The translations under genes and the position numbers were made by a program. DNA of 63,961 nt, the filler included, from Octopus bimaculoides (taxonomy: Eukaryota), in assembly GCF_001194135.2 (NCBI RefSeq). It is 8 parts of 6 records of this genome, joined end to end, with 100 filler letters (N's around TTAATTAATTAA, not from the genome) between each part and the next. Parts side by side here need not be neighbours in the genome. Positions count along the whole stretch, not along the records: positions 48,174 to 52,979 come from NC_068983.1; positions 53,080 to 58,396 come from NC_069000.1; positions 58,497 to 60,763 come from NC_068983.1; positions 60,864 to 62,491 come from NC_069006.1; positions 62,592 to 63,961 come from NW_026420724.1; 3 more parts are not named here. One strand, given 5' to 3'. Below, piece after piece: positions 52,648 to 63,961 of this stretch (position 1 is the stretch's first letter; the number at the start of each line of letters is the position of its first letter). The notes below the pieces were generated by a model that did no database searches, was not told the origin of the DNA, and saw only the letters and a list, made by a program, of their open reading frames with translations.

Positions 52648-52926
52648 TATTTTTACCAACACTTACACATTTTCTTCTTCCCAATCTTTGGTTCCTATTA
52701 CTTGTAACAGCTACTCATTTCCCTTTGCTGCTCCAGCTAGTTAGTGCATACGCTGATATAGCTGATATTTAGCAGGCCTCAGTTAGGTCCCTCAACATGT
52801 TAACTATAACAGTAAAGTCATCCTCGAGCCTTTCAAGGGTTTGGTGGTAACATTAGAAAGCCTAAACAGATTCTGGTTTCTCATTTTAATCGTGAAAAGT
52901 GTTAAAATAAACTAATGAGTTACTTA

Positions 52927-52979
52927 TCTATATATATAAAAATGAGAATGTGTGTCTGTCTGTCTGTCTGTCTGTCTGT
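52927..52979 (+). mobile_element. Possible 5' end of a non-autonomous Helitron
   Basis: A|TCTATATATATAAAAATGAGAATGTGTG followed by (TCTG)n, resembling Helitron 5' ends; 3' end not identified because a gap follows. Confidence 0.35.
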
Positions 52980-53728
52980 NNNNNNNNNNNNNNNNNNNNN
53001 NNNNNNNNNNNNNNNNNNNNNNNTTAATTAATTAANNNNNNNNNNNNNNNNNNNNNNNNNNNNNNNNNNNNNNNNNNNNCACTTAAAGCCAGGAACGTTT
53101 CAGCACTCCCTCGTATATAGAGGGATACGTATCGTTACAAAAAGTAAATATATTCAGAAGATAACCACTCATATACAAGCATATAGATATATATTTTGAC
53201 AAATATTTTTACTTTTACATTGAGTATAAAACAATCTCCATATCAGCTCACCTGGATTTCTCTTTATTCTGTGGGCCTAGTTCTCAATAAAGACTTCGGA
53301 GTTTATTTTAAATCATTTGAGGACAACCACATACATCTATGTACGTATGTGTATATGTGTGATTCAAATTGCTTTCCCGTAGGAGAATATGGCTGACAAA
53401 GGAAAGTCATTGCTGATGATGGAAAATGGTCATAACGTTATTGAATTAGTCTCTAGGATTGGTTTAGCATACAGTGGTTCCAAAACTTTCTCTTGACACC
53501 CAGGTTGTAGTCATTGTTTTACATCACCGCAGTAATTACTTTGTTATTTTTTTTTTATATAGTTTTAACGAGACACATTAACGTGTTAAGGTAATATTTA
53601 CTTACTTGTTGTTGTTATTGAAGTTGTCTATGCACAGCATTGATCACTGTTTTGCTATATCAGTTTCATTGTTGATTTAATTAAAACAGCAATATAGAGA
53701 CTATTTAGAGAGAGAGAGAGAGAGAGAG

Positions 53729-53799
<71 letters not shown>

Positions 53800-55150
53800 G
53801 AGGGTAGAGAAGAGAGAGAACAGAGAGAAAGAATTTGACGGGAAAAGAGAGGGGGAAAGAGAAAAATTAAGATAGAAAGAAAGAGACAAAGAAATTGACA
53901 GAAAGAGAGAGAGATAGCTCGAGAAAAAGAAAGAGGAGAGAAAGAGAGATAAAGCGAGAGAGATAGACAAACAGACAGACAGAGGAGAGAAAAACATAAA
54001 AAAGATCAATTTAAAGGAAAGGAAAGATTCTGGTTAATGATCAAACTCTTGGGTAACGAAAAGCAATCAATACATATTCTTTCTTTTTTTACTCTGTTGT
54101 GGACAATGAAAGAAATCCGGCAGTTAAGATAATATACTGACCAATTCGTTTTTAGTTTCAACAGAGAACAAGTTATATAAGCTTTAAACAGGGACAAAGT
54201 TACACAAGATAAAGTGTGAAGCGTGTAGTGAAGATAAGGGTTGACCTTACACTCTTACGATAATATCTAATATGTTCTGATTCTGTGAGCAGTTGTTGAT
54301 ATTCTCCTTTCGCTTTGTTGTTATCCACCTGGGTGGTTTAAACGTTTTGGTAATTTCATTACAACGTGCACTTCAAGTATCCCCTGCGTGTGTTGTTTTA
54401 AAAGCGATAGCAGCTGTATAAAGACAGGTATTGTTTGTCCAATACGTGTTACCTTATGTTTTCATATAGTCTCAAGCGATATCGCCGATAACTTACAACA
54501 TGAGAGAGACTACATATGTGTGTGTGTGTGTGTTTTTAAAGATATTTTTTCCAACTTTTGTCGAGAGCGGTCTGATATCCACCGTTGGTTTCTTGAATCA
54601 GAAAACATTCGAATCAAAAAGCGATTCTATAATCGCTTTCGGTTGTATACATACGGCCTACAGTAATACCTCGGAATGGGTATTATACAGAAGGATATCA
54701 ATGTTGAAGGATGGCGAAGAAACCGAAGTTTTGTTATGTATGTTGGTATGTATATATGTATGTACGGTCTTCTCTTTCTCTTTATAATTCAGAGTTAATT
54801 TTAAACGGTCACCTACTTGGTTTCAAGGTTGTGATGGAAAGCATCTTGTTTTGTAAATCATCCTTTCATTCTTTGGAAACTCTTGCAAAGTTGCATAGTC
54901 CCAAATAACGCGATCATTTGCAATGCATCTATGTATGTATGTATGTATGTATGTATGTTCTCTTTCTCTTTATAATTTAAATTTCGACCGGCCACAGACT
55001 TGGGAGCAAGGTTGTTAAGGAAAGCATCTTGTTTTGTCCATCACCCTTAAAATCTTGTCTTCCATATTTTTATAGTCCCCGATATCGTGATCATTTGTAG
55101 TGTATGTATTAAGGATTTGCGTTCACTTCCCAAGATTCCAAGCTGGACAT

Positions 55151-55197
55151 CTGTCACTAAGAAACCAAAGGAAGAGCGAAATAACGTGATCTGGAAG
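55151..55197 (+). ncRNA. More degenerate tandem partner of the 55431 hammerhead relic
   Basis: ctgtca-ctaagaa-accaaaggaagagc-gaaa-taacgtga-tc-tggaag, 280 nt upstream, with the shared flank agctggac(a/g)t. Confidence 0.4.
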
Positions 55198-55430
55198 TTT
55201 CGGCGACCACTAGTCTATATGAGAGGTTCTCTCATAATAAACAAGGTAGTATTCTATGTTCTATCACAACTTCCATTCTAAGTAGGAGTTAACTATTATC
55301 TTCCGATACTAATGCTGGGTTTGTTGCTATAAATTAATTTTTAATAAGCCCACTGGTTATTTACGAAACCAGTGTCTGAATAGACAATGCGATTTTTTTA
55401 ATATATCAGTTGTAATGTCTAGCTGGACGT

Positions 55431-55477
55431 CTGTCATTGACAAGCCCAAGGAAGGGCGAAATCACGTGATCTGGCAG
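55431..55477 (+). ncRNA. Degenerate type I hammerhead ribozyme relic
   Basis: CUGUCA-UUGACAA-GCCC-AAGGAA-GGGC-GAAA-UCACGUGA-UC-UGGCAG. 6-bp stem I, 4-bp stem II, palindromic stem III AUCACGUGAU, AUC site; core decayed from CUGACGA. Confidence 0.6.
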
Positions 55478-55564
55478 TACTGGAGGCCATATTCATAAAC
55501 ACACATGTGGATGTTAGCTGGACAAAAAGACATCTTATAAAGTATGAGCAATAGCGTAGGCAAA

Positions 55565-55638
<74 letters not shown>

Positions 55639-56797
55639 ATATATATGTGTGCGTGTGTGCGTATGTATTTATATATATGTATGTATACCTCTCTGTGTGG
55701 TGTATATGCGGATTGTGTGCGTGTGTGGCGCATGGAGGCGGAACAGATTTGACTGTAACATTGTTTAGAACACGATATGAGATTCTGATCTCGGTGTATT
55801 TCGATTTAAAAGTCAACACGAACTTATTAACCTTCTGTCAATTGCAGGCTGAGTTGCCTACAGTTAGGGGGTGGTGGTAAGGTTGGGAGGTTGGGCCAAG
55901 AACTAAAATATATTGGTAAGTATCCAGACAGGACGGCATCCTCTGTTATAAAAGATCAACTCACGATTACTTAGACATTACATTACTTTGGATGGCGTTT
56001 GGATAGCGGGTCTTCAGTTTCAACTGATAAAAACGATTACCTTATTCAATGTAAATATTGCTCTATGCAGCCAAATCTCCTCTCCCACGCGCTCCCGTTC
56101 CCTCTCCTATCTCTCTCTCTCTTTCTCTCTCTTCCTCTGTATCTCTCTCATCCTCTTTCTCTCTCCCTTGCTCTCTCTCTCTCCCTTGCTCTCTCTCTCT
56201 CAACTAAACACAAATACAATATAAATTCATATACACCAGCACACACATTCTCACATATATATGTAAACGCACATATATACTCATACATGTATCTACGTAC
56301 GTAAGCACATATGTATATTATAGAAGAGTATGTGCATGAGTTTCAAATTGAACAATACATGTACTTACTACATAAAGACTTACGCATCCGCAGACAGCGA
56401 TGTAACTATGTTTGTATGTATATGTATGCATATACGTACATATGTATGTATGTATATATGTATGTATACACACGTACACATACATACATATGCACCTATA
56501 TATGAATATGAATGTGTGCATACATATATTTACATGTGTGTTTGTATTTTTTTGAAGGGTGGGGAAGAATGTATATAATGAATGTAGACGTAGTCTCTTA
56601 ATATTTATCAAAATACTAAATAAATATTAAGACCGTGCATACATTATACATTCACCGTTACCTACACACACACACACATTTGCACGTGCATGCATGCATA
56701 CATACATACATACATACATACAGACGTACATGCATACAGATACATACATGTATGTACTTTGTTTTCATCTACTAACACACAATCATACGTTATATAT

Positions 56798-56848
<51 letters not shown>

Positions 56849-57934
56849 NNNNNNNNNNNNNNNNNNNNNNNNNNNNNNNNNNNNNNNNNNNNNNNNNNNN
56901 NNNNNNNNNNNNNNNNNNNNNNNNNNNNNNNNNNNNNNNNNNNNNNNNNNNNNNNNNNNNNNNNNNNNNNNNNNNNNNNNNNNNNNNNNNNNNNNNNNNN
57001 NNNNNNNNNNNNNNNNNNNNNNNNNNNNNNNNNNNNNNNNNNNNNNNNNNNNNNNNNNNNNNNNNNNNNNNNNNNNNNNNNNNNNNNNNNNNNNNNNNNN
57101 NNNNNNNNNNNNNNNNATATATGCAGATAAACATAAACACATACGGATACTGCATTTCCACGTCAACAACATCCACCCCAAACCACTCACTTCGTACTGC
57201 AATCTGCTCTGTCGGTAATCGGAACATTTTAAACAGAACTTGAAACCAATTATCACGAGCTGGGGGATAAAATAAATAAATAATTCTAAATGTATTGAAG
57301 TCGTCAAACAGTTGAAATTTGAAATTCGAAACAGATGTAATTTAATTTTAAACAGTTTATAATAGTTTTCCTCTTATGACACGGCGGCCATCTTCGTTTT
57401 AAAGAGAGAGTACTTCACAGCCGTCCCACTTGACTATATTTGTTGCTGTTTAGTACCCAGCCAGCTTATATTTATTAAAAGCGCTCTAGCCATGATCGTC
57501 TAGTGTTTTGGATTATCGAATTTTACAAGATTCCAGTGTATATTTCATGCGGTGTTGTCAAGGAATGCTGGGAGAAACACACACACACATATACGCTGAG
57601 CTGCCACTCAATTTTTGTCTTACAAGATGCACTCAGAAACCGTTGGTTGACCCACGGCTGTTATCGATGCTTGCACAGGATGCTGAACGTGAAACCACGT
57701 GGTTGTCGAGTGAACTTCTTAACAACACAGACATTAAAAAAAAAAAAGGACACATTTCATCAAATTTTATTTTAAAAACATTATCTTACGTAACTCCAAA
57801 ATATATTCTCGAAATTCTACTTTGGAAGCACAGTTTTTTACTTGTCACTTTGCTCCTCTCCTAACTTAAGCAGATAGAAATATACACCAGTGTTAGCTTA
57901 TCCTGAAGATGAGGCTATGACAGTCTGGAAACAT

Positions 57935-58312
57935 ATATGTGTGTGTGTGTTTGTGTCGGTGTTTGGCCCTACAACCGCTTCGTGGCACCTTGGGCAAGTG
58001 TCTTCTATTATAGCTTAGGACCGACTAAAGACTTGTCAGACGATTTGGTAGACGGAAACTAAAGAAGCTCGCCGTATATCTATGTGTGTGTCTCTGTGTC
58101 TGTGCTTATCACCCACCACCGTTTGACAACCGGTGATCATATGTCTATGTTCCCGTAACATAGCAATTCGGCAAAAGATTACGATAGAATAAGGTTTACG
58201 CTTAAGAATCTATTAAGCACTGGAGTCGATTTGTCGGACTAAAACCCTTCAAGGCCGTGCCGTAGCATGGCCGCACTTTAATGACTGAAACATGTAAAAG
58301 ATAAAAGATAAA
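57935..58312 (+). mobile_element. SINE family A, diverged
   Basis: gtggcaccttgggcaagtgtc...tgactgaaacatgtaaaagataaaagataaaa. Confidence 0.75.
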
Positions 58313-58529
58313 ACACACGCAAACACACACACACACGCACATAAACGTGCGTGTGAATGTATGTGCACATATATTCATGCATATGTATGTATATATNNNN
58401 NNNNNNNNNNNNNNNNNNNNNNNNNNNNNNNNNNNNNNNNTTAATTAATTAANNNNNNNNNNNNNNNNNNNNNNNNNNNNNNNNNNNNNNNNNNNNTATA
58501 TATATATATATATATATATATGAAATTCT

Positions 58530-58800
58530 AATTAAGGGTATCTAAGAGATACCACGACGCTGGAAATAGCAGTCAAAGCTTGACTCTAAAACCACATTCA
58601 ATGTTCATATAGCACCAGGAGAGAAGACGAAGAGACAAAATAAACTAGCAAAAATTACTGGATAATTGCTAGTTTATTTTACTAGTTTATTTTCTCCCTT
58701 CGTCTTCTCTCCTGGTGCTATATGAACATTTATTCTGGTTTTAGATTCAAGCTTTGACTGCTATTTCGAACGTAGTGGTATCTCTTATATACCCTAAATT
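58530..58800. repeat. Fold-back (about 122-bp arms)
   Basis: 58530-58651 is mirrored by 58666-58800, with a small ctagtttatttt duplication in the right arm. Confidence 0.9.
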
Positions 58801-58898
58801 ATAATTTTAAATAATTACTACCTTTGAGGGTTTTTATTCCCTTGCTGGCCACTTGATATGATCGGTTTTTAAATATCGATCTTATCCTTATTTGTATA

Positions 58899-58977
<79 letters not shown>

Positions 58978-59364
58978 TTTTCTATATACAAGTTTGGAAC
59001 GCTTATTGAAGAAAGGTGTAACAGTAATCGAAAATTGTAGCAATGTTTCATTCCCTGCCCAAACGGGCATATAACAACATGACAGCCAAAACTCAGGATC
59101 TTTAGCGAGACTCCAAAATTGATGCGACACATGCTGAACGGAGTCCCACACGTATGGGATCGTTGTAGAGTATAAAGTTTAATACTAAATCCATATTTTT
59201 GGTAATTAGGAAATTATTATTATTATCTCAACTAACACTGCGGAGTTCCTGAAGTAGATCCAACGGAAACATATCCCGACTGCTGATGACACTAGGTAGC
59301 CCAAACTGTGTCAGTGCTCTACTCAACACTTGAACACAATAATCAACATATACCCATTAGTCTA

Positions 59365-59392
<28 letters not shown>

Positions 59393-59395
<3 letters not shown>

Positions 59396-59662
59396 TGTGT
59401 ATAAGAAGGGATGACCACTAAGTGGACATCCGATATGCTATAAAGAGGTCATCAACGACCCAACCACAAACAAAAATAATGTTCTTCAGAAAAAAATTCA
59501 GCAAACACCAATCATAAGCTTTCTAGCATATCGGATGTTCACTTTGTGGTCATCCCTTCGTATACGCATGTAATATAATTTTTCCGAATTTTCAGATTTT
59601 TTATATGCTAGGCTATTGGTTTTAAATTGATGTTAATTAAATTAATATTCAATTTATCACCC
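59393..59662. repeat. Fold-back copy of the 30475 element family
   Basis: gaagggatgaccactaagtggacatccgatatgcta is mirrored at about 59518-59559; the right part ends in aatattcaatttatcaccc. Confidence 0.8.
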
Positions 59663-61580
59663 TCAGTATATAAATATTAACACACACAGTGAAAAGAGGA
59701 AAAAGACAAAGAAAATTCTTTAACACACCTTTTACGATTCGTTACAATTGTTTCTGTACCACCTCTATTTGCAACACCAGTTTACGCAAAAATTCCAAAT
59801 GAGAATTTACGTAAAGTTTGCGGTTATAAATATTAAGGAGGCATTCCATCAGACTTGCATCAAAGGTGTGTTGTCACATTGTGCGTTTTCCAGGCCTTCT
59901 TTATGGCTTATTTCCAGAGGAAACACAAAAAAAAAATGGAGAAAAAAGAAGTAAAAATGTGGATATAGGATGAGTAGAGGGGTAGAGATTATGTTAATCA
60001 AGGGGAAGAATACTTGAAAGAAGAGGAAGGAAAAAGGTAAGGAGTAGGAGAAAAACGAGCAGAAGAAGAAGAAGAAGAAGAAGAAGAAGAAGAAGAAGAA
60101 GAAAAGAGGGGGCTGAACAACATAGATAAAATTAGGCTGAACAACAGATAAATTATATATATCGTGCAAGTTGATTCGTGATGGAGTAAGACCATTCTTG
60201 AACTCAATAATTTCATGATGCAAACGTTCCGATAGGTCAAGAAATTGCTGTGCGTGAATACTCGTCATTGCGTTAAGTGAATAACGTGCTGCAATGTACT
60301 TAACCCTAATTTAATGGCAATCAGCTATAAGAAAAAATAGTCGCATAACAAAAGTTGAGATGACCCAGAACCAACAGCACTTCAGGATTTCTTTTTTTAT
60401 ACGACTTTACCTTCTCCAAGAAGGCTGTATTTACGGGAACTAGATCCCTTTCACTCCCTGTGGTTCGTGCTAGTCAATACAGAGAAGTAACACGCTATCA
60501 AGTTCTATTACACCGTATCAGAATAGACAAAGGAAAGATGGTAGCTAACAAGTGGTTCGGCCCTCCTCTGCAATACAATGTTTCGGTTGAAGCATTTTAG
60601 TAAAGAAGTAGAGAAATTAAAGGAAAAAAAAAGCCTTCTAACAATGCAGCAAGTTTTACAAAAACCATTATATTTCAGGCGCAAAGGCCCAACTTCAGAA
60701 GGAGTAAGTTCAAGAAATGTCTAGTTACATCGAACTCGTTATCTTATATATATATATATATATNNNNNNNNNNNNNNNNNNNNNNNNNNNNNNNNNNNNN
60801 NNNNNNNTTAATTAATTAANNNNNNNNNNNNNNNNNNNNNNNNNNNNNNNNNNNNNNNNNNNNAGGAAGTAGTGGATTATAAGATGGAATGTCTAATGGG
60901 GCACTTTGCCTGCTAGAAATAGCAGCCAAATCTATTTCACGTCACATTATGCTGGAGGAAGTAGTGGATTATAAGATGGAATGTCTAATGGGGCACTTTG
61001 CCTGCTAGAAATAGCAACCAAATCTCTTTCATGTCACACCACCCAATAGGGTGTATGGAATAATACAATGAGCCTCGGATAAACGGCTTTAATAAAAGAT
61101 GGAATGGTCATGGCTAGAATGTCTTTGATCATAAATCAACTCAGTCATTACTGATCTTTAACCAAATAAGGGGAACATCAATAACAACATCAATTGAGAG
61201 CAAAGCAAAGAATGTTTATATCACGGTACAGCCTAGGCGCCATTGTACGACACCTTAATATGATTTTGCATACAAACGGCAAACAAGATAAAAGACACAG
61301 GACCACAAGAAAGCGACAAAGAGAACCGCCCACCCTTAGCCATAGCACATCTACGTAGTCACACCTTACTCCACCATGCCATATGTCACACCATACCCCC
61401 TACATCTGACACCGTAGAACACTACAAATAGTAGACAACAAACAGCACAGCACTGTACGTTGCATATATGCACATCGTAGAGTGCAACAATAAAGCGGGA
61501 CAACACACATCATGACAATATCAGAAATCATAACCTCAAAACTAATAGCATTACACCACAAGCGTGTATATATGTATATG

Positions 61581-61632
<52 letters not shown>

Positions 61633-61668
61633 CTTGTTTATACATTTGTGTATGTGTATGTACGTATG

Positions 61669-61705
<37 letters not shown>

Positions 61706-62590
61706 TACATATATATATATATGTAAATATATGCATATATCTATAAGCATATAAGCGTTTATTCATATAAATACTTAGGTTTGTGTATAAGTGTACAACC
61801 CCTCCGCGCACCCATATACACACGTAGGTAGATCATAGATAGATAGATAGATAGATAGATAGGTTCATAGACTGATATAGATATACAATTATGTATACAT
61901 ATATGTACAAACATACATATATGTAAGAATAACCATACATATACATATATATGTATATATATATATGTATGTGTATATATATATATATATATTTGTATAT
62001 ATGTATATATATATGTATATATATATGTGTGTATGTATGTATATATCTGTGTATGTATGCATGTATGTATGTATGTATATATGTATGTATGCAAGTGTGT
62101 GTGCATGTATATATACTTATATGTATGCATCCACGTAAACCCACAACACAAAACATTTCTTTGTAATAGTGAACTATGACTAGTCTATTATACAATAGAA
62201 TTCTCAGACAATATCTTCAACATATGCCACTTTTCACTTTTGATGCTCAACCAGGTCTATTTTCTTTTCTTTTCTTTTCTTCCTTCCATCCTTCCTTCCT
62301 TCTTTCTTCCTTTTTCTTCCTTCGATCTTTCTTTTCTTATTCTTACTTTTGATGCCGCTGTTGTTCTTGTTCTTATTGCTGCAGTTTTCCCGTTATATTT
62401 CCTGTTTCATTAGTGAAACAGGAAAGAACCGAAAGTAAAAGAATCTACAGGCACATACACGCATACATACATATATATATATATATATATANNNNNNNNN
62501 NNNNNNNNNNNNNNNNNNNNNNNNNNNNNNNNNNNTTAATTAATTAANNNNNNNNNNNNNNNNNNNNNNNNNNNNNNNNNNNNNNNNNNN

Positions 62591-62850
62591 NAAATTCCGC
62601 CGAGGTCGACTTTGCCTTTCATCCTTCTGAGGTCGATGAATTAAGTACCAGTGAAAGACTAGGTCAATGTAATCGGCTAGTCCCCTCCCACTAAGTCCGA
62701 GGCCTTGTGCTTCCAGTAGAAAGGATTATTATCATTATCATTTTTAAGGCAGCACATTGGACAAATTAATGACATTCATTTCAGCACTTTGCATTTTGAG
62801 ATCAAGTTCCACCAAGTTCAACTTAGCCTGTCATCCCTTCTAAACGTCAA
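62591..62850 (+). mobile_element. Two SINE family D fragments
   Basis: aaattccgccgaggtcgactttgcctttcatcc, then a degenerate second core. Confidence 0.7.
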
Positions 62851-63162
62851 CTATGTGCAGGATGTCAGGATCAAGCAAGATGAAGGGCCACACTGAACTC
62901 CAATGTCAACTTAACGCCAACCACTCTACAGAGAACACTTGGTGTTCACTTTGTGGCACCAGCACTACTGAGGTTGATTGTGGTGGTGGTGGGGGAGGGG
63001 AAGTGACAAATAAATACCAGAGTTCAAAAAAAAAACAGAGCAGATTGCGTTGACAAAAAAGTTTTAGCAACCCAGCTTTTGGTTTTCCATGCAATGCTTC
63101 AGAAAGGCATGAATATCACATAATCACATTTCCACTTCCATCAGAATCTCTAAACCAGAAAC

Positions 63163-63865
63163 ATATCCATCCATCTTCTCCACTCACAATTCCTGGGAGG
63201 TTCATGTGGGTAGAGTCTTCAGGCATCTCCCTAGGGTCCCATCAGAAGCAACTCTTGTCACACTTTCTGGCTGGATCCCCTAGCATAACCAACTAAGGCT
63301 ACCGATATTACCCAACCATCGCGATCATGGTCTACCCCTTGGTCTCTTGCTGACTGACTTGGCTTGAAGGATCAATCTTGCGATTCTTTCCTGTGACATT
63401 CTTCTAGCCACACGTCCATAGTACTGGACCTGTGATCTATCCATCCATCTTTTCTGACCACTATTCCTGGGAGGCTTGCAGAGGGCAGAATCCTTGGGCA
63501 CCTCCTCTATAGAGTCCTATCAGAAGCAACTGTCACTACACTTTGTTGCTGGATTCTGAAGCATAACCAACAAAGACTTTGGATATTATCCAACCATCAC
63601 CCTTCGATCTTCAAGCTGTTTGGCTCAGCTTGAAGAATTTGTCTTGTGATTATTTTCTGTGGCATTTTAATCCCATGTCCACAGTGCCAGAGTTGTGACT
63701 TCTCAGTGCAGAGAAATAGTAGCTTGACCTGGAGAGACTCCCCGGTCTCTGAGTTATGCACCATGTCAAATAATATTACTCCAGAAGAGATTCTCCATTG
63801 GAGGAACCCCATTTTCGCCACTTGACTTCGCAGTCACACACTTTGGGTCATTATCCAACATTCTG
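63163..63865 (-). mobile_element. Two head-to-tail 3' fragments of an RTE (Rex3/Expander-like) LINE
   Basis: AKMGFLQWRISSGVILFDMVHNSETGESLQVKLLFLCTEKSQLWHCGH (63437-63865) and RSQVQYYGRVARRMSQERIARLILQAKSVSKRPRGRP*SRW (63163-63436); each ends in an atggatgg tail. Confidence 0.85.
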
Positions 63866-63961
63866 ATTTCTCTAAGAAATCAGAAACCATACAAGAAAAC
63901 TAATTTCTTTTCTCTTTTACTCTTTTATTCGTTTCAGTCATTTGACTGCGGCCATGCTGGA

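Noticed and set aside
59270-59320. CTGATGA followed by CAAA-CTGTGTCAGT
   Set aside because: GAAA is mutated, and there is no convincing stem II or valid cleavage triplet in register; too weak to call a hammerhead.
60864-61045. 92-bp tandem duplication next to a gap (similar case at about 44231-44460)
   Set aside because: Ordinary short tandem duplication or gap-edge artefact within repeats.
1-63961. CRISPR arrays, operons, rRNA, prokaryotic defence systems
   Set aside because: None seen; the sequence is eukaryotic with spliceosomal introns, and its repeats are dispersed SINEs or microsatellites rather than regularly spaced arrays.

Overview
AT-rich, microsatellite- and SINE-saturated animal DNA with about 10% N-gaps. 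The repeat content (CORE-type tRNA-SINEs of the OR1/OR2 kind, MetaSINE-like elements) points to an octopus; this is inferred from sequence recognition, not a database search. The only well-supported gene is a minus-strand anion-channel-type (GlyR/GluCl-like) Cys-loop receptor subunit. Two of its extracellular-domain exons are visible (2873-2940 and 1559-1785). Its downstream exons lie left of the window and its first exons could not be found. The rest is intronic or intergenic: at least five SINE families, relics of RTE and R4/Dong-type LINEs, a Tigger/pogo-type MITE, several long fold-back elements, and simple repeats. Nearly all ORFs in the supplied track are artefacts of microsatellites or N-runs. 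The most notable signals are (i) several type I hammerhead ribozyme motifs from unrelated repeat families, including one with a fully canonical core (30683-30748, minus) and one core variant lying sense-strand in the receptor intron (2065-2113), and (ii) a receptor whose canonical carboxylate-binding residues are replaced, suggesting a non-amino-acid ligand. No prokaryotic features, CRISPR arrays, rRNA or true tRNA genes were seen.
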